Below are positions 9,048 to 18,631 of a stretch of 64,000 nucleotides of DNA, piece after piece. A program made the position numbers and the translations under genes. This stretch comes from an uncultured Candidatus Saccharibacteria bacterium (GTDB taxonomy: Bacteria; Patescibacteriota; Saccharimonadia; Saccharimonadales; AWTP1-31), in assembly GCA_964409615.1 (NCBI GenBank), contig CAYPDT010000001.1, positions 14,629 through 78,628 on the forward strand, written 5' to 3'. Below the pieces are notes generated by a model that was given only the letters and a program-made list of their open reading frames with translations, did no database searches and was not told the DNA's origin. Each line of letters begins with the position of its first letter. Within the stretch, counting starts at the first letter, position 1.

Positions 9048-9962
9048 ATGGCGGAAACGTTCTCAGGTAATTCTAATTGGCAATTTTTAAACACGGATGA
9101 GGCTCGTAGAGATTACGAACTCAGCTATAACCCAGTGCTTTTTGCCGGAGACTTACACGACACATTGGTTGTAGATGGCGTAGCACGAATTGCCATGCCC
9201 ATCCCTCAGGGTGATTTTAGAGCCCTAGCTGATGCATACGAAGCTTGCCTTGATGATGCACCTCAAGCATTAGCCCAAACGGCGCACCGAGTAGATGGCC
9301 GCTTCGGCAACGAGGCTGGTCAGTATCGCCGTGAGCCTGAAGCTGTTGATGGAATACAGGTGCAAGACGGTAAAAACTTCTTTCATTTTAATGAAAGGGC
9401 GCGACATCGCTGGAATAGAGAGTTCCGCATTACTCCGGCAACCATGCGCCATTTTCTAGATGCTGGCGCCGAAATTCATGATCAACTTATCGGCGTGGCT
9501 AAACGAACTATTCTAGCTTTGGAAGATACGCACCCCAATATCACAGAGGCTTTCTTCCCGCCGCTCGTGGGTACGTGTAGTTTCTTACGCATTATCAGCT
9601 ATGACCCACCAAGCGCCACTGCCGAACTTGATATAGCCAAAGAGCATCGCGACATTGGCGGCTTTACTATACAAGCCGATGCTGACGCAGATGGGTTCTG
9701 GGCAGAATCACCTTCTGGCGAGCAGCTCTACTATCCGTCCGAAGCGAATTATGCACATTTCTTTGCAGGTCAAGGTTACGAAAACTTATACCAAGGTACT
9801 GGGACTGAAATACGCGCACTCAAGCACGGCGTTCGTGCTGTTGGCCAGACGGCTGGTAAGCGTCATGCTGTCATACTTTTTGTGGATGCTCCTAAAATTG
9901 ACTTCGGTGTTCAACCAGCACAAACACTACCGCAGATATTCAAAGAAACCGATACAGCATAG
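9048..9962 (+). CDS. 2OG-Fe(II) oxygenase family protein (IPNS-like), putative
   Basis: FLRIISYDPP resembles the LRLLxYPP motif. HRDIGGFTIQ gives HxD and a later LKHGV gives the distal His. Confidence 0.5.
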   Translation: MAETFSGNSNWQFLNTDEARRDYELSYNPVLFAGDLHDTLVVDGVARIAMPIPQGDFRALADAYEACLDDAPQALAQTAHRVDGRFGNEAGQYRREPEAVDGIQVQDGKNFFHFNERARHRWNREFRITPATMRHFLDAGAEIHDQLIGVAKRTILALEDTHPNITEAFFPPLVGTCSFLRIISYDPPSATAELDIAKEHRDIGGFTIQADADADGFWAESPSGEQLYYPSEANYAHFFAGQGYENLYQGTGTEIRALKHGVRAVGQTAGKRHAVILFVDAPKIDFGVQPAQTLPQIFKETDTA

Positions 9963-9964
9963 TA

Positions 9965-10894
9965 CTAATTCACAACTGTTAAGTAGGCCGTCGCCTCAGG
10001 ATTTTTGCCGTGCAGAATATTATTGTGTAAGGTAGCAAGGCGTTTCGTTATTGGGCCAGGAATATCTCGGCCAATTTGCCGCCCATCTACATCGGTAATT
10101 GGAGCGAGAAGTGCTGAAGTGCCACAAGCGAAAGCTTCGTCGGCGACATACAATTCTGTAAGGTCGACGGTACGTTCTTGTACTGCGATTCCTTCTTTTT
10201 GGGCAATCTCAATCAGGCTACGCCTATTAATACCCTCTAGAATATCACTGGTTGTAGAAGGAGTTATCAGCACACCGTTGCGCACTAGAAAGATATTGGC
10301 AGCCGATAACTCACAGACATGCCCATTAGCGTCTAAGAAGATACAGTCATCATAGCCACTATCAAGAGCATCTTGCTTGCCCAAAACCGAGTTAACATAA
10401 GCACCATTCACTTTAGCGCGAGCTGGAATAGAGTAGTCCGGCACTCTGCGCCATACGCTTGTCTTCAGCCGCGCTCCCTCTGCCTGTAAGATTGGTTTGG
10501 CCGGATAGATAAACATGCTGAGCACCGATGCAAGCCCGCGTACACGAGTGCCCGGCACTAATTCGTCTGCGTGAATGGTAGCCCGTATGAACACATCTTC
10601 TGAAACATGATTCTGTGTAACGAGCGTTTTAACTGCTGTGGTGAATTTATTAAAATCCCAATCGGGCGCAAAAGTATCGATACCGATTATTTTTGCTGAC
10701 TCTAATAGTCGCTGATAATGATCTTTGAGTCGGAATGCTGCCATGCCTATGTCGGTACTGTTAACTGGAAATACTGTGTATACACTGAGCCCATATAGCA
10801 CCGCCGAACTGGCAACGTGCAAGCGAGCATCATTGAAGTCGACCAAACCATTTCCATACCAAATTTTGGCTGCTTTGTAGTCGAATGTACTCAT
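9965..10894 (-). CDS. fold-type IV aminotransferase (branched-chain or D-amino-acid aminotransferase)
   Basis: 309 aa. ARAKVNGAYVNSVL...ELSAANIFLV...TPSTTSDILEGINRRSLI matches the class IV PLP aminotransferase pattern. Confidence 0.8.
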   Translation of the reverse strand: MSTFDYKAAKIWYGNGLVDFNDARLHVASSAVLYGLSVYTVFPVNSTDIGMAAFRLKDHYQRLLESAKIIGIDTFAPDWDFNKFTTAVKTLVTQNHVSEDVFIRATIHADELVPGTRVRGLASVLSMFIYPAKPILQAEGARLKTSVWRRVPDYSIPARAKVNGAYVNSVLGKQDALDSGYDDCIFLDANGHVCELSAANIFLVRNGVLITPSTTSDILEGINRRSLIEIAQKEGIAVQERTVDLTELYVADEAFACGTSALLAPITDVDGRQIGRDIPGPITKRLATLHNNILHGKNPEATAYLTVVN

Positions 10895-12066
10895 TAGAAC
10901 TGTTTTAGAAAACTTGTAGCAAAGGCCGTTTGGCGGCGCGATAGGCGAGCATGACGCTCAAGCCCGTAATCCACGAGCTTGGTCACTAAATCAACAGCTG
11001 AGTAGCCCTTGGCACGCCAGTTATGTGCATACAGGCTGCCTGGTAAGGGGTTAACTTCGTTGAACATGACTTTATTAGTCTTACCATCAATAAGCATATC
11101 TACTCTCGCAATACCCTCACAGCCAAGCACTCTATAGACTTCTAAACCTAGCTGTACTGCTTTGTTATACACGTCTTCCGGCAAGTCAGCTGGAATTTTA
11201 CTGTAACCCTGTGCGCCTTGCTTGCCACCACCCATTTTCTTACCGCCTTTTTTGCCACCCTGACTCATGTATTTCGTTTCGAAGTCAAAGAATTCATCGG
11301 CTTTAAGCAGGGGTTGTTCTAGGTAGGCTGGAACAGGCTCTTCGTTACCCATTATCGGTAATGTTACTTCTATAAGGTTAGTAACTGCCTGCTCTACAAT
11401 CACCTTGTCATCGTAGTGGCCGGCAACTTCAAGTGCGTTCATAAGTTCAGACTTCTGGTCAACACGTGTGATACCGATACTCGAACCGAGGTGAGCTGGT
11501 TTTACAAACAATGGATAGGTAAGTTTATCAATAGCTTTCAATATTTCTGAGTGTTTACGAGCGAGGTCGCGAGAGTAAAACCACGTCCATGGCGTGCTGG
11601 CGATATCAGCACTTTGTGTAACCTGTTTAGACAAAACTTTATCCATAGCAACAGCACTCGCACTAACACCACACCCAACATATGGTACACCGGCCATTTC
11701 TAGGATGCCCATCAGCTCACCGTCCTCACCATGCGTGCCGTGCATTGCCGGAAACACAATATCAATCTTCTTGTACTGTTTTCGGCCAGCAAATTGACTA
11801 GACTTGACAAGAGTCAGACCATTATCAAATAACAAATGGGTTTTTGGAGCTTTAGCTATGAAGTCTTCAATGCCGGTTCCTTGGTATAAAGTAATATCCT
11901 TCAGTTTCTGATCCCAGTACCACGAGCCATCTTTGGCAATATAAATTGGCTCTACAGTATACTGCTTGCTCAGTTCAAGGGGCTTGATGATGGCAGCTAG
12001 TGCCGTGACTATCGATACATCGTGCTCGGTTGATTGACCACCGAATATTACTGCTATTGTCTTCAT
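10894..12066 (-). CDS. ddl: D-alanine--D-alanine ligase
   Basis: MKTIAVIFGGQSTEHDVS N-terminus, HGTHGEDGELMGILEMAGVPYVG, ATP-grasp C-terminus EVNPLPG. Contains a Gly/Lys-rich insert. Confidence 0.9.
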   Translation of the reverse strand: MKTIAVIFGGQSTEHDVSIVTALAAIIKPLELSKQYTVEPIYIAKDGSWYWDQKLKDITLYQGTGIEDFIAKAPKTHLLFDNGLTLVKSSQFAGRKQYKKIDIVFPAMHGTHGEDGELMGILEMAGVPYVGCGVSASAVAMDKVLSKQVTQSADIASTPWTWFYSRDLARKHSEILKAIDKLTYPLFVKPAHLGSSIGITRVDQKSELMNALEVAGHYDDKVIVEQAVTNLIEVTLPIMGNEEPVPAYLEQPLLKADEFFDFETKYMSQGGKKGGKKMGGGKQGAQGYSKIPADLPEDVYNKAVQLGLEVYRVLGCEGIARVDMLIDGKTNKVMFNEVNPLPGSLYAHNWRAKGYSAVDLVTKLVDYGLERHARLSRRQTAFATSFLKQF

Positions 12067-12139
12067 CTTATTTTGTCACTTTCTTTGGTTAAAGTGGTGA
12101 TTTTTGAATACTACAATTGTACCATACAATTAGTAGTGC

Positions 12140-13579
12140 TTAATTGTAATTATCAGTCCAGTCGTTCTGCATTAACACCACGTCTCCGACGGCAATGTGC
12201 TGATCAAGATTGGTATAAAAAGCAAGAGGTTCTTCTTCTATAACTAATTCACCGGTGAAATTATGGCTTGTTAATCCGGCCTTAATCCAGTTTGTAACAG
12301 AGTTTTTCATCAACACAACCTTTTGCGGTTGTGCCTGAGCAATCAAAGCTCCCACCTCCCGGTGTACTCGCTCGGTTTCCTGACCTTGGTCGACAAGCCC
12401 TGGTGTGACGTATATTTTGCGCGTAGCTGGTAGTTCTTTTAGTAGCCCCAGTCCGGCACGAATTCCTTCGAGGTTACCGTTGTATGTATCATCAATTACC
12501 CAACCGCCAGCAACAAGCCGAGGCTGCATTCGGTGCTCGAACGGTCGCGTTTTAGCTACACCTGACTCAATCTGCTGTTTGGTAAGACCTAGCTTGTGGG
12601 CGAGTGCAGCACATAATGCTAAAGGACCAACGAGATGTCGACCAACCAGATGACTGGTAAGTTTTAATGTGTTCTTGCCTTTTTTCATAGTGAACGAAAG
12701 GCCATCAACTGCAACTTTGACAGCACTTATCTTCCAACCTAGAACAGTATGGGCATCATACGTACCGTAAGTTTTAGTAAGGTATTTTTGTGCGTCAGTC
12801 GACTCATTGTTCACAAAAATATTTTCATCACCAACTGCTTGAGCTAAAGAGAATATGTCCTTGGCGGCTGCATCAAGCGTTTTGTAGTGATCCAGATGTG
12901 CTGGTGCTAAACCAGTGATAATACCGATGTTTGGCCGCGTAGTTTTGGCAAATTGCACGACATCACCTGGCCGACCTTCGCCATATTCAATAATTAAAAT
13001 TTCTTCTTTACCTGAAAGTTTGGATGCAAAGCGGGCATGTGAAACTGCGACGTTCATATTTGCTGGTGTTGCGGCAACATCTTTGCCTTCACTGAGAATG
13101 GTCAGCAACAACTCTTTAACGGTGGTTTTTCCGTAGCTGCCAGCAACGGCAATAATGGTTGCCGGGTGGTTCTTGAAGATTCCACTCGCCCGTGCTACTA
13201 ACCGACGCTCCGCCGGAGCAACTATCAGCACGCGTGCAATCAAAAGGGGTACAGTTATGAGATGCGCCCAGACAGTGGGGTATAGTATGGCAATCGACCC
13301 GCCGATAATAGTTAGCAGATTACTGCCTTTTTGGTGCCCGTAATATGCCAAACCGATACCAAATATAATCTGTAGAGCCATGCCAAGGCGCGCAAAATAC
13401 AGTAACATTCTGGCACGTTTAGTCATATCGAGTGTGCGACGCTTGGCAACAGTGCTAAAGTTATTGGTCCGCCACCACCAGGCAAGATATGGTCGTACTT
13501 GGTATTCGGTACTTTGTAACATATAGACGAGTACTCTCGGGTAGTTAAAACTAAAAATACTAAGTAGTGCTTTTATCAT
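12140..13579 (-). CDS. murF: Mur ligase, MurF-like (UDP-MurNAc-tripeptide--D-Ala-D-Ala ligase) with hydrophobic N-terminal domain
   Basis: Mur ligase P-loop AVAGSYGKTT, central and C-terminal Mur domains, and position directly upstream of ddl. The first ~130 aa contain 2-3 predicted TM helices. Confidence 0.75.
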   Translation of the reverse strand: MIKALLSIFSFNYPRVLVYMLQSTEYQVRPYLAWWWRTNNFSTVAKRRTLDMTKRARMLLYFARLGMALQIIFGIGLAYYGHQKGSNLLTIIGGSIAILYPTVWAHLITVPLLIARVLIVAPAERRLVARASGIFKNHPATIIAVAGSYGKTTVKELLLTILSEGKDVAATPANMNVAVSHARFASKLSGKEEILIIEYGEGRPGDVVQFAKTTRPNIGIITGLAPAHLDHYKTLDAAAKDIFSLAQAVGDENIFVNNESTDAQKYLTKTYGTYDAHTVLGWKISAVKVAVDGLSFTMKKGKNTLKLTSHLVGRHLVGPLALCAALAHKLGLTKQQIESGVAKTRPFEHRMQPRLVAGGWVIDDTYNGNLEGIRAGLGLLKELPATRKIYVTPGLVDQGQETERVHREVGALIAQAQPQKVVLMKNSVTNWIKAGLTSHNFTGELVIEEEPLAFYTNLDQHIAVGDVVLMQNDWTDNYN

Positions 13580-14319
13580 AGAAACTCCCGAATGATATGT
13601 GCAACTTGTTGGGTATTATCAGTTGGCAGCCAGTGCTGGCCATTTGGTATAACAACAAGTTTTGATTTTGCTATAGCGTCGTGAAGAATCTGCCCGTACC
13701 GTAGAGGCGTAGACGTGTCGGCGTCTCCGTATATCAATAAGGTTGGCAACGATAAGCTTGCGGCATCGTGCCGAACATCGTCTTCTACAACCCGTTTAAA
13801 AGTAGCCTGCATGTGCTCTGCTACTAACATATCTGAACCAATAGCAGAGTACACTTTGCCCCGTAAACGTTTTTTGATGCGCATAGGTAACGGGCTAGTT
13901 AGGGCTTTGCCGGCTTTGGTTACCAACCGTAGTGCCTTCATTCGCCCTTTGTACTCACCGCGTATCCCCGCCGATGCAACAAGTATCAGCTTTTTAGCTT
14001 TAAGCCCTCGGCGAAGTGCCCTAATGGCGATTGCTCCACCGTTAGAATGGCCGACAATAGCGTCAATCGATAGATCCATTTTGGCAGCAAAAGCTTCTAC
14101 AAAATCGGCGTACTCATCCAGGCCCCATGCAACCGGTGGCGCCTGACTACCACCAAAACCCGGCAAATCGAGCGAAATAACTTGGTATGTGCGTGATAAC
14201 TCTTTCCGAAAAGACTCAAGCCCCTTACTACTATCGCCCCAACCATGAAGAAGGAGGAGCGTGGTGCCGCTTCCCTCTTTGTTGTAGTTGGTTAACAGCG
14301 AACTAACAACCGCCTGCAT
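13576..14319 (-). CDS. alpha/beta hydrolase
   Basis: LLLLHGWGDS oxyanion region and GHSNGG nucleophile elbow. Confidence 0.75.
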   Translation of the reverse strand: MQAVVSSLLTNYNKEGSGTTLLLLHGWGDSSKGLESFRKELSRTYQVISLDLPGFGGSQAPPVAWGLDEYADFVEAFAAKMDLSIDAIVGHSNGGAIAIRALRRGLKAKKLILVASAGIRGEYKGRMKALRLVTKAGKALTSPLPMRIKKRLRGKVYSAIGSDMLVAEHMQATFKRVVEDDVRHDAASLSLPTLLIYGDADTSTPLRYGQILHDAIAKSKLVVIPNGQHWLPTDNTQQVAHIIREFL

Positions 14320-14331
14320 GCTTTCCCACCA

Positions 14332-15243
14332 TTATTTAATTTCTTGTATTTGTTGCTGTAACGACTCAATTGGCATCGTCATTTTGGGGAGCGTAATCGG
14401 AGCGCTCAATCCGTACGAACTATAGGTTTCTTTCTGACTAGAGCCAATATACTCCGCTACCATTAGGTGCCGTGATAATTTGTCGACTGTCAGCTTGACT
14501 TCAATCGGAGCGCTATCTTTATAGTCTGCCGGATTGAGGTCTTTGAACTCGCTAAAGCCCGCTTTCTTCGATAAGTCTTTCAGCACTTCCACATATGCAG
14601 CAGTATTTATTTTGACTGTGAATATAAGGGCTGATTTTCCATCAAGCCGCTTTGGCTCAACTTTTGCATAATCGATGTCATAAACCTTTTTATTGTCAAA
14701 AGAAGCTAGAGCTGCGTTGAGGTCGGCTTGTCGCAAATTAGCGAATGGAATTAATCCTAACGTTGCCTGCTGGTATGCTTGCGGGCTAGAAGATTCACCC
14801 CATCTATTAATGACCGAAGTATAATCGAGCGCTTTCCCTTCGGCATTTTTTTGTGGAGTCTCAATCTTTATGTAACGACTATAATCACGAGTGGTTGTGC
14901 CTATGGTCTCGCTCACAACATTTGTAACTCCATCAGCAGATTCCTGGTTGATAGTTACTACAGTACGACTTGCCATTGCTGGAACAAAGCTAATTTGCTC
15001 GGTCTTTTCTACTGGTCCACCTTGATCTTGGCTAACGGTAGCGCGCGTTACGCTTTGAGTACTCAGATTAGCCTTGAGCATTCCCTCAAAAACCCGTCGT
15101 GGGCTGTTATAAACATGCTTCCACCAAGCAACACCAGAAACACTAAAGATAATCAGTGCGATAATAGTCAGCGACAGGGCTTTATGTGTCAGAACAAACG
15201 GTAATGTATTAGAACTTTCGGTCTCTTGAGATTTTTTTGGCAT
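14332..15243 (-). CDS. membrane-anchored hypothetical protein
   Basis: N-terminal TM helix (LSLTIIALIIFSVSGVAWW) followed by a soluble domain with no recognised motif. Confidence 0.55.
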   Translation of the reverse strand: MPKKSQETESSNTLPFVLTHKALSLTIIALIIFSVSGVAWWKHVYNSPRRVFEGMLKANLSTQSVTRATVSQDQGGPVEKTEQISFVPAMASRTVVTINQESADGVTNVVSETIGTTTRDYSRYIKIETPQKNAEGKALDYTSVINRWGESSSPQAYQQATLGLIPFANLRQADLNAALASFDNKKVYDIDYAKVEPKRLDGKSALIFTVKINTAAYVEVLKDLSKKAGFSEFKDLNPADYKDSAPIEVKLTVDKLSRHLMVAEYIGSSQKETYSSYGLSAPITLPKMTMPIESLQQQIQEIK

Positions 15244-15266
15244 AAATATATTGTAACAGTCAACTA

Positions 15267-16400
15267 CTACTGAAGAGAAGTTGGATCAGTAATCCCTTTA
15301 ATTGAATCTTCAAACAACGGCGTTAAGTCGCTGATTAACGATGTAATCGGCTTGGCGCCTTCTGGCTTGGCAACCGTCACTGGATTGTACGAAAATGTTA
15401 CCTCGCCCTTGCCGCTTGTAGTTTCTTTATTTTCGGTAATGCTTGTTTCGCTGGCTAACTTTACGATGCGCTTGGATTTTTTATCAACCCACACTGTTAG
15501 TGGCACGGGCTTAGTATCTTCAATTTGCTTTTTAAGCTCTTGGTCAACTGCAGGGGCATCTTTAGCAAGACTCTTGTCGCAAGATTGCAGTTTCTTTAAA
15601 ATTGGCAAGTCGTTGAGGCCATTACTAAAGTTGCTAGCTTTTTTTGGATCGACAGATAACTCGTACTTGGTCGCAGCTTGCCCACCAACAGTATCACCGC
15701 TGTTGCTTTTTACCGTAACGAAACTGTTTTTTTGATAAGCTTTCTCTAGAACATCATAGTCACCCTTTTCTAGCTTGAGGTTAGCATCAATTACGCAGCT
15801 AGCACCCGACTCTTTGATAAGAGTACTATCTATCTCGAACCATTTGTCGGCAACCTTGGTGTTTAGACTTTCTGCAATTGTGGCAGCCTCTGGCGAAAAT
15901 GCCCCAATAATATCGGTAACACTCGACAGGTCACCCACTTTGACGTAGGCATTAGAATCAACGTATCTTCCTTCGGCATTTACCGACACGCCTGCCATGG
16001 TAAATTTGGCTGTGACTTCAGAACTTTTTGCCTTCTGGTTTGACTTGGTAGTACCTTCTAACTTGTAGGCCGGGCTATCACCAGACTTGCCTTCAATATT
16101 AAATGTGGCACTTACGTTTTCTTGTTCTAGGCTATTCATGAGTGCAGTACGCAGTACATTTTCTGGCTTATTCGGTACTACAAGGCCGAAATATGCTGCA
16201 GCGCTTCCTCCGCCGACAACCAATGCAGCTACCAGCGCTATAGCGACAAGCTTTAAGCTCTTCTTACTACTCGAACCATTCCCTGCAGGCGATGTTGTGA
16301 CCGGCGGATATGCAGTGGGCGTGGACGTACTTGGCTGGAGTGGCGTGGAGTCTTGTGTAATTTGAGTAGTTTGTTGTGGTGCTGTTGATTGTGGTTCCAT
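15267..16400 (-). CDS. membrane-anchored hypothetical protein
   Basis: Low-complexity P/T/S N-terminus, one TM helix (LVAIALVAALVVGGGSAAAYF), then a ~300-aa soluble domain. Confidence 0.55.
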   Translation of the reverse strand: MEPQSTAPQQTTQITQDSTPLQPSTSTPTAYPPVTTSPAGNGSSSKKSLKLVAIALVAALVVGGGSAAAYFGLVVPNKPENVLRTALMNSLEQENVSATFNIEGKSGDSPAYKLEGTTKSNQKAKSSEVTAKFTMAGVSVNAEGRYVDSNAYVKVGDLSSVTDIIGAFSPEAATIAESLNTKVADKWFEIDSTLIKESGASCVIDANLKLEKGDYDVLEKAYQKNSFVTVKSNSGDTVGGQAATKYELSVDPKKASNFSNGLNDLPILKKLQSCDKSLAKDAPAVDQELKKQIEDTKPVPLTVWVDKKSKRIVKLASETSITENKETTSGKGEVTFSYNPVTVAKPEGAKPITSLISDLTPLFEDSIKGITDPTSLQ

Positions 16401-16500
16401 GATTGCTCCCTCCGTTGAGCGTCATTGAGAGGTGGCTCTCATGCTTATTTATCTCAGTATATATCACTGCACCAATCACGACCAGCGTATACTATGTGGT

Positions 16501-17688
16501 ATGCAGCAACCCCTCGCCGAACAGTTACGACCACACTCACTCGATGATGTTATCGGCCAGCAACACCTGGTTGGAAAGCACAAAATACTGCGGCAAATTA
16601 TTGCCAACAAACAACCAGTAAGCTTGATATTATGGGGGCCGCCCGGGAGCGGTAAGACAACTATTGCACGAATTATTGCTGCCGAAACTGGTGCTGATTG
16701 GATTGAACTGAGTGCAGTCACCTCTGGAGTGGCTGACGTTCGTAAGGTGATTGAGCGCGCTGAACAAAATGGACGATTACAAATTCCGACACTTCTGTTT
16801 GTTGATGAAATACACCGGTTTAATAAGTCCCAGCAAGATGCATTTTTACCCCATGTCGAGAAAGGTACTATTACACTCATTGGGGCAACAACCGAAAATC
16901 CAAGTTTTGAAATCATTACTCCGCTATTGAGTCGAAGCCGTGTAGTCGTGCTAGAACCCCTCAACAAAGCCGAGATGGTAGAGTTGATTCAACGAGCTGC
17001 AAAACATCTAAAACTAACGAGTAAGCGTTTGTCTGCCGAGGCTGTAGATATGCTTGCCGAACTCTCAGGAGGCGACGGTCGTGTAGCATTAGGTAACTTA
17101 GAAGTCGCGCAACAGCTATCGGGCATTAAGCCAATAACTAAAGAAATGGTCCAGACTGCAGCCCAGAAACGCATCCCTGGATATGATAAAAATGGCGAGA
17201 ATCACTACAATCTTATTAGCGCTTTTATAAAATCACTTCGAGGTTCGAACGCTACGGCAGCGCTTTATTACATGGCGCGCATATTGCAGGCCGGCGAGGA
17301 TCCAAAATTCGTAGCGCGACGAATGGTCATTTTTGCTTCAGAAGATATTGGCTTGGCCGCCCCGGCCGCACTCAATATCGCAGTCAGTACTTTCCATGCA
17401 GTCATCCAAATTGGCATGCCTGAGGCCCAATACAATCTGTACCACTGTGCTTCGGTGCTAGCTAAAAGTCCCAAGTCCCGTATGGTAGCTAATGCAATGT
17501 CGCAAGCCCAATCTTTAGCACGCGAACACCCCGACCTTGCAGTACCACTACATCTTCGTAATGCCCCGACAGGTCTCATGAAAGAACTGGGCTATAGCAA
17601 AGGCTATAAGTGGGAGGCAAATTTCTCGCACAGCAAAGGCTTTTTACCACCCGAGCTGGATGACATAGATATTTTACAAGAAAGCTAG
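16501..17688 (+). CDS. rarA: replication-associated recombination protein A (AAA+ ATPase)
   Basis: MQQPLAEQLRPHSLDDVIGQQHL, Walker A GPPGSGKTT, Walker B LLFVDEIHRFNK, MgsA C-terminal region. Start moved to the ATG at 16501. Confidence 0.9.
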   Translation: MQQPLAEQLRPHSLDDVIGQQHLVGKHKILRQIIANKQPVSLILWGPPGSGKTTIARIIAAETGADWIELSAVTSGVADVRKVIERAEQNGRLQIPTLLFVDEIHRFNKSQQDAFLPHVEKGTITLIGATTENPSFEIITPLLSRSRVVVLEPLNKAEMVELIQRAAKHLKLTSKRLSAEAVDMLAELSGGDGRVALGNLEVAQQLSGIKPITKEMVQTAAQKRIPGYDKNGENHYNLISAFIKSLRGSNATAALYYMARILQAGEDPKFVARRMVIFASEDIGLAAPAALNIAVSTFHAVIQIGMPEAQYNLYHCASVLAKSPKSRMVANAMSQAQSLAREHPDLAVPLHLRNAPTGLMKELGYSKGYKWEANFSHSKGFLPPELDDIDILQES

Positions 17689-17893
17689 ATAGTGTTAGAC
17701 ATTGTATATTTTTATTGTAAAGTATATTGACTTTCTGTATTTTTGTTGTTTTATTAATCTGTTCTAAGTAATGTCAGCGTTGAACTGTGATTTGTATATG
17801 GTCGCTTGAATCACAGGGAGCTAATAGCGAACCCACGACGTACTCGTCTCTCTGCGAGCCTGTATTTCCTTGGCAAGTGACCGAGGATTTTTT

Positions 17894-18393
17894 ATGGCAA
17901 AAATGTCTGGATCTACAAAAGCAACAATCGCTGTTGGCCTATTCTGCTTTGGTGCATGGGCAGATAGCTCTGGTAAATTTGATGTCCATTTCTTGGTGAT
18001 TCTAATAGGACTAACCAGGAATCTAATTCAGGAACACCAGATGACGGTTGTGTGCACAGCAAATATATTATTTGGTGCGACGGACCTGAAACGACTGAAG
18101 CGCAAACAGGAACACCAGAAGCTACTGTCGCTATTACAGTCGGTAAGTCAGCTGTTGAGCTTAGTTGTGTCGAGCCGCATCAGCTTAAAGTAAGCCCTGA
18201 AGTGCAAACTACACGACAAGCGGTATTAGAAGGTACAAAGTTATATAACCTCGCCGGTGTAGAGATTGAATGGAATCAAGATGGCGCCCCAGGTGTTTCT
18301 CGTGCTATGCCCGAGGTTGAAGGCGATGCCGCGCATGGCTTCCGTCCACCAGTGCATTGTATTGCCCGCTTCTATGGTGGCGTGCCTAAGTAG
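17894..18393 (+). pseudogene. small secreted Cys-containing protein, apparently frameshifted (signal peptide and mature part in different frames)
   Basis: GAGGA plus 6 nt plus ATG at 17894 encodes MAKMSGSTKATIAVGLFCFGAWA (signal-peptide-like) in frame 2. The protein-like remainder (…DSNRTNQESNSGTPDDGCVHSKYIIWCDG…GGVPK*) is in frame 1, open from 17983. Confidence 0.35.
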
Positions 18394-18452
18394 GCGACAC
18401 TGAAAACTATTTATCTATCCCGCGTAATCTGTTAAAATCTACAGGTTATTGC

Positions 18453-18529
18453 GGGGCCATAGCTCAGTTGATTAGAGCGCAGCGCTGGCAGCGCTGAGGT
18501 CCGGGGTTTGAGTCCCCGTGGCTCCACCA
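18453..18529 (+). tRNA. tRNA-Ala (anticodon GGC), CCA encoded
   Basis: Hand-folded cloverleaf: acceptor GGGGCCA/UGGCUCC with G3:U70, anticodon loop CUGGCAG, T arm CGGGG-UUUGAGU-CCCCG. Confidence 0.9.
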
Positions 18530-18536
18530 CAATATG

Positions 18537-18568
18537 AAGCTCAGTTGAAATACTGGGCTTTTTATTTT
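18537..18568 (+). terminator. Rho-independent terminator after tRNA-Ala
   Basis: AAGCTCAGT-TGAAAT-ACTGGGCTT (9 bp, one G:U) followed by TTTTATTTT. Confidence 0.7.
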
Positions 18569-18631
18569 AGCCTCATAAACAACCGTCGGATAGTTTTGCT
18601 TGCTCGGTCCTAAGAAATTCTGCTGAAAAGT

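Noticed and set aside
17975-18000. Programmed -1 ribosomal frameshift joining the signal peptide to the mature domain
   Set aside because: There is no X_XXY_YYZ slippery heptamer in the zero frame and no obvious downstream pseudoknot. An indel or pseudogene is the simpler explanation.
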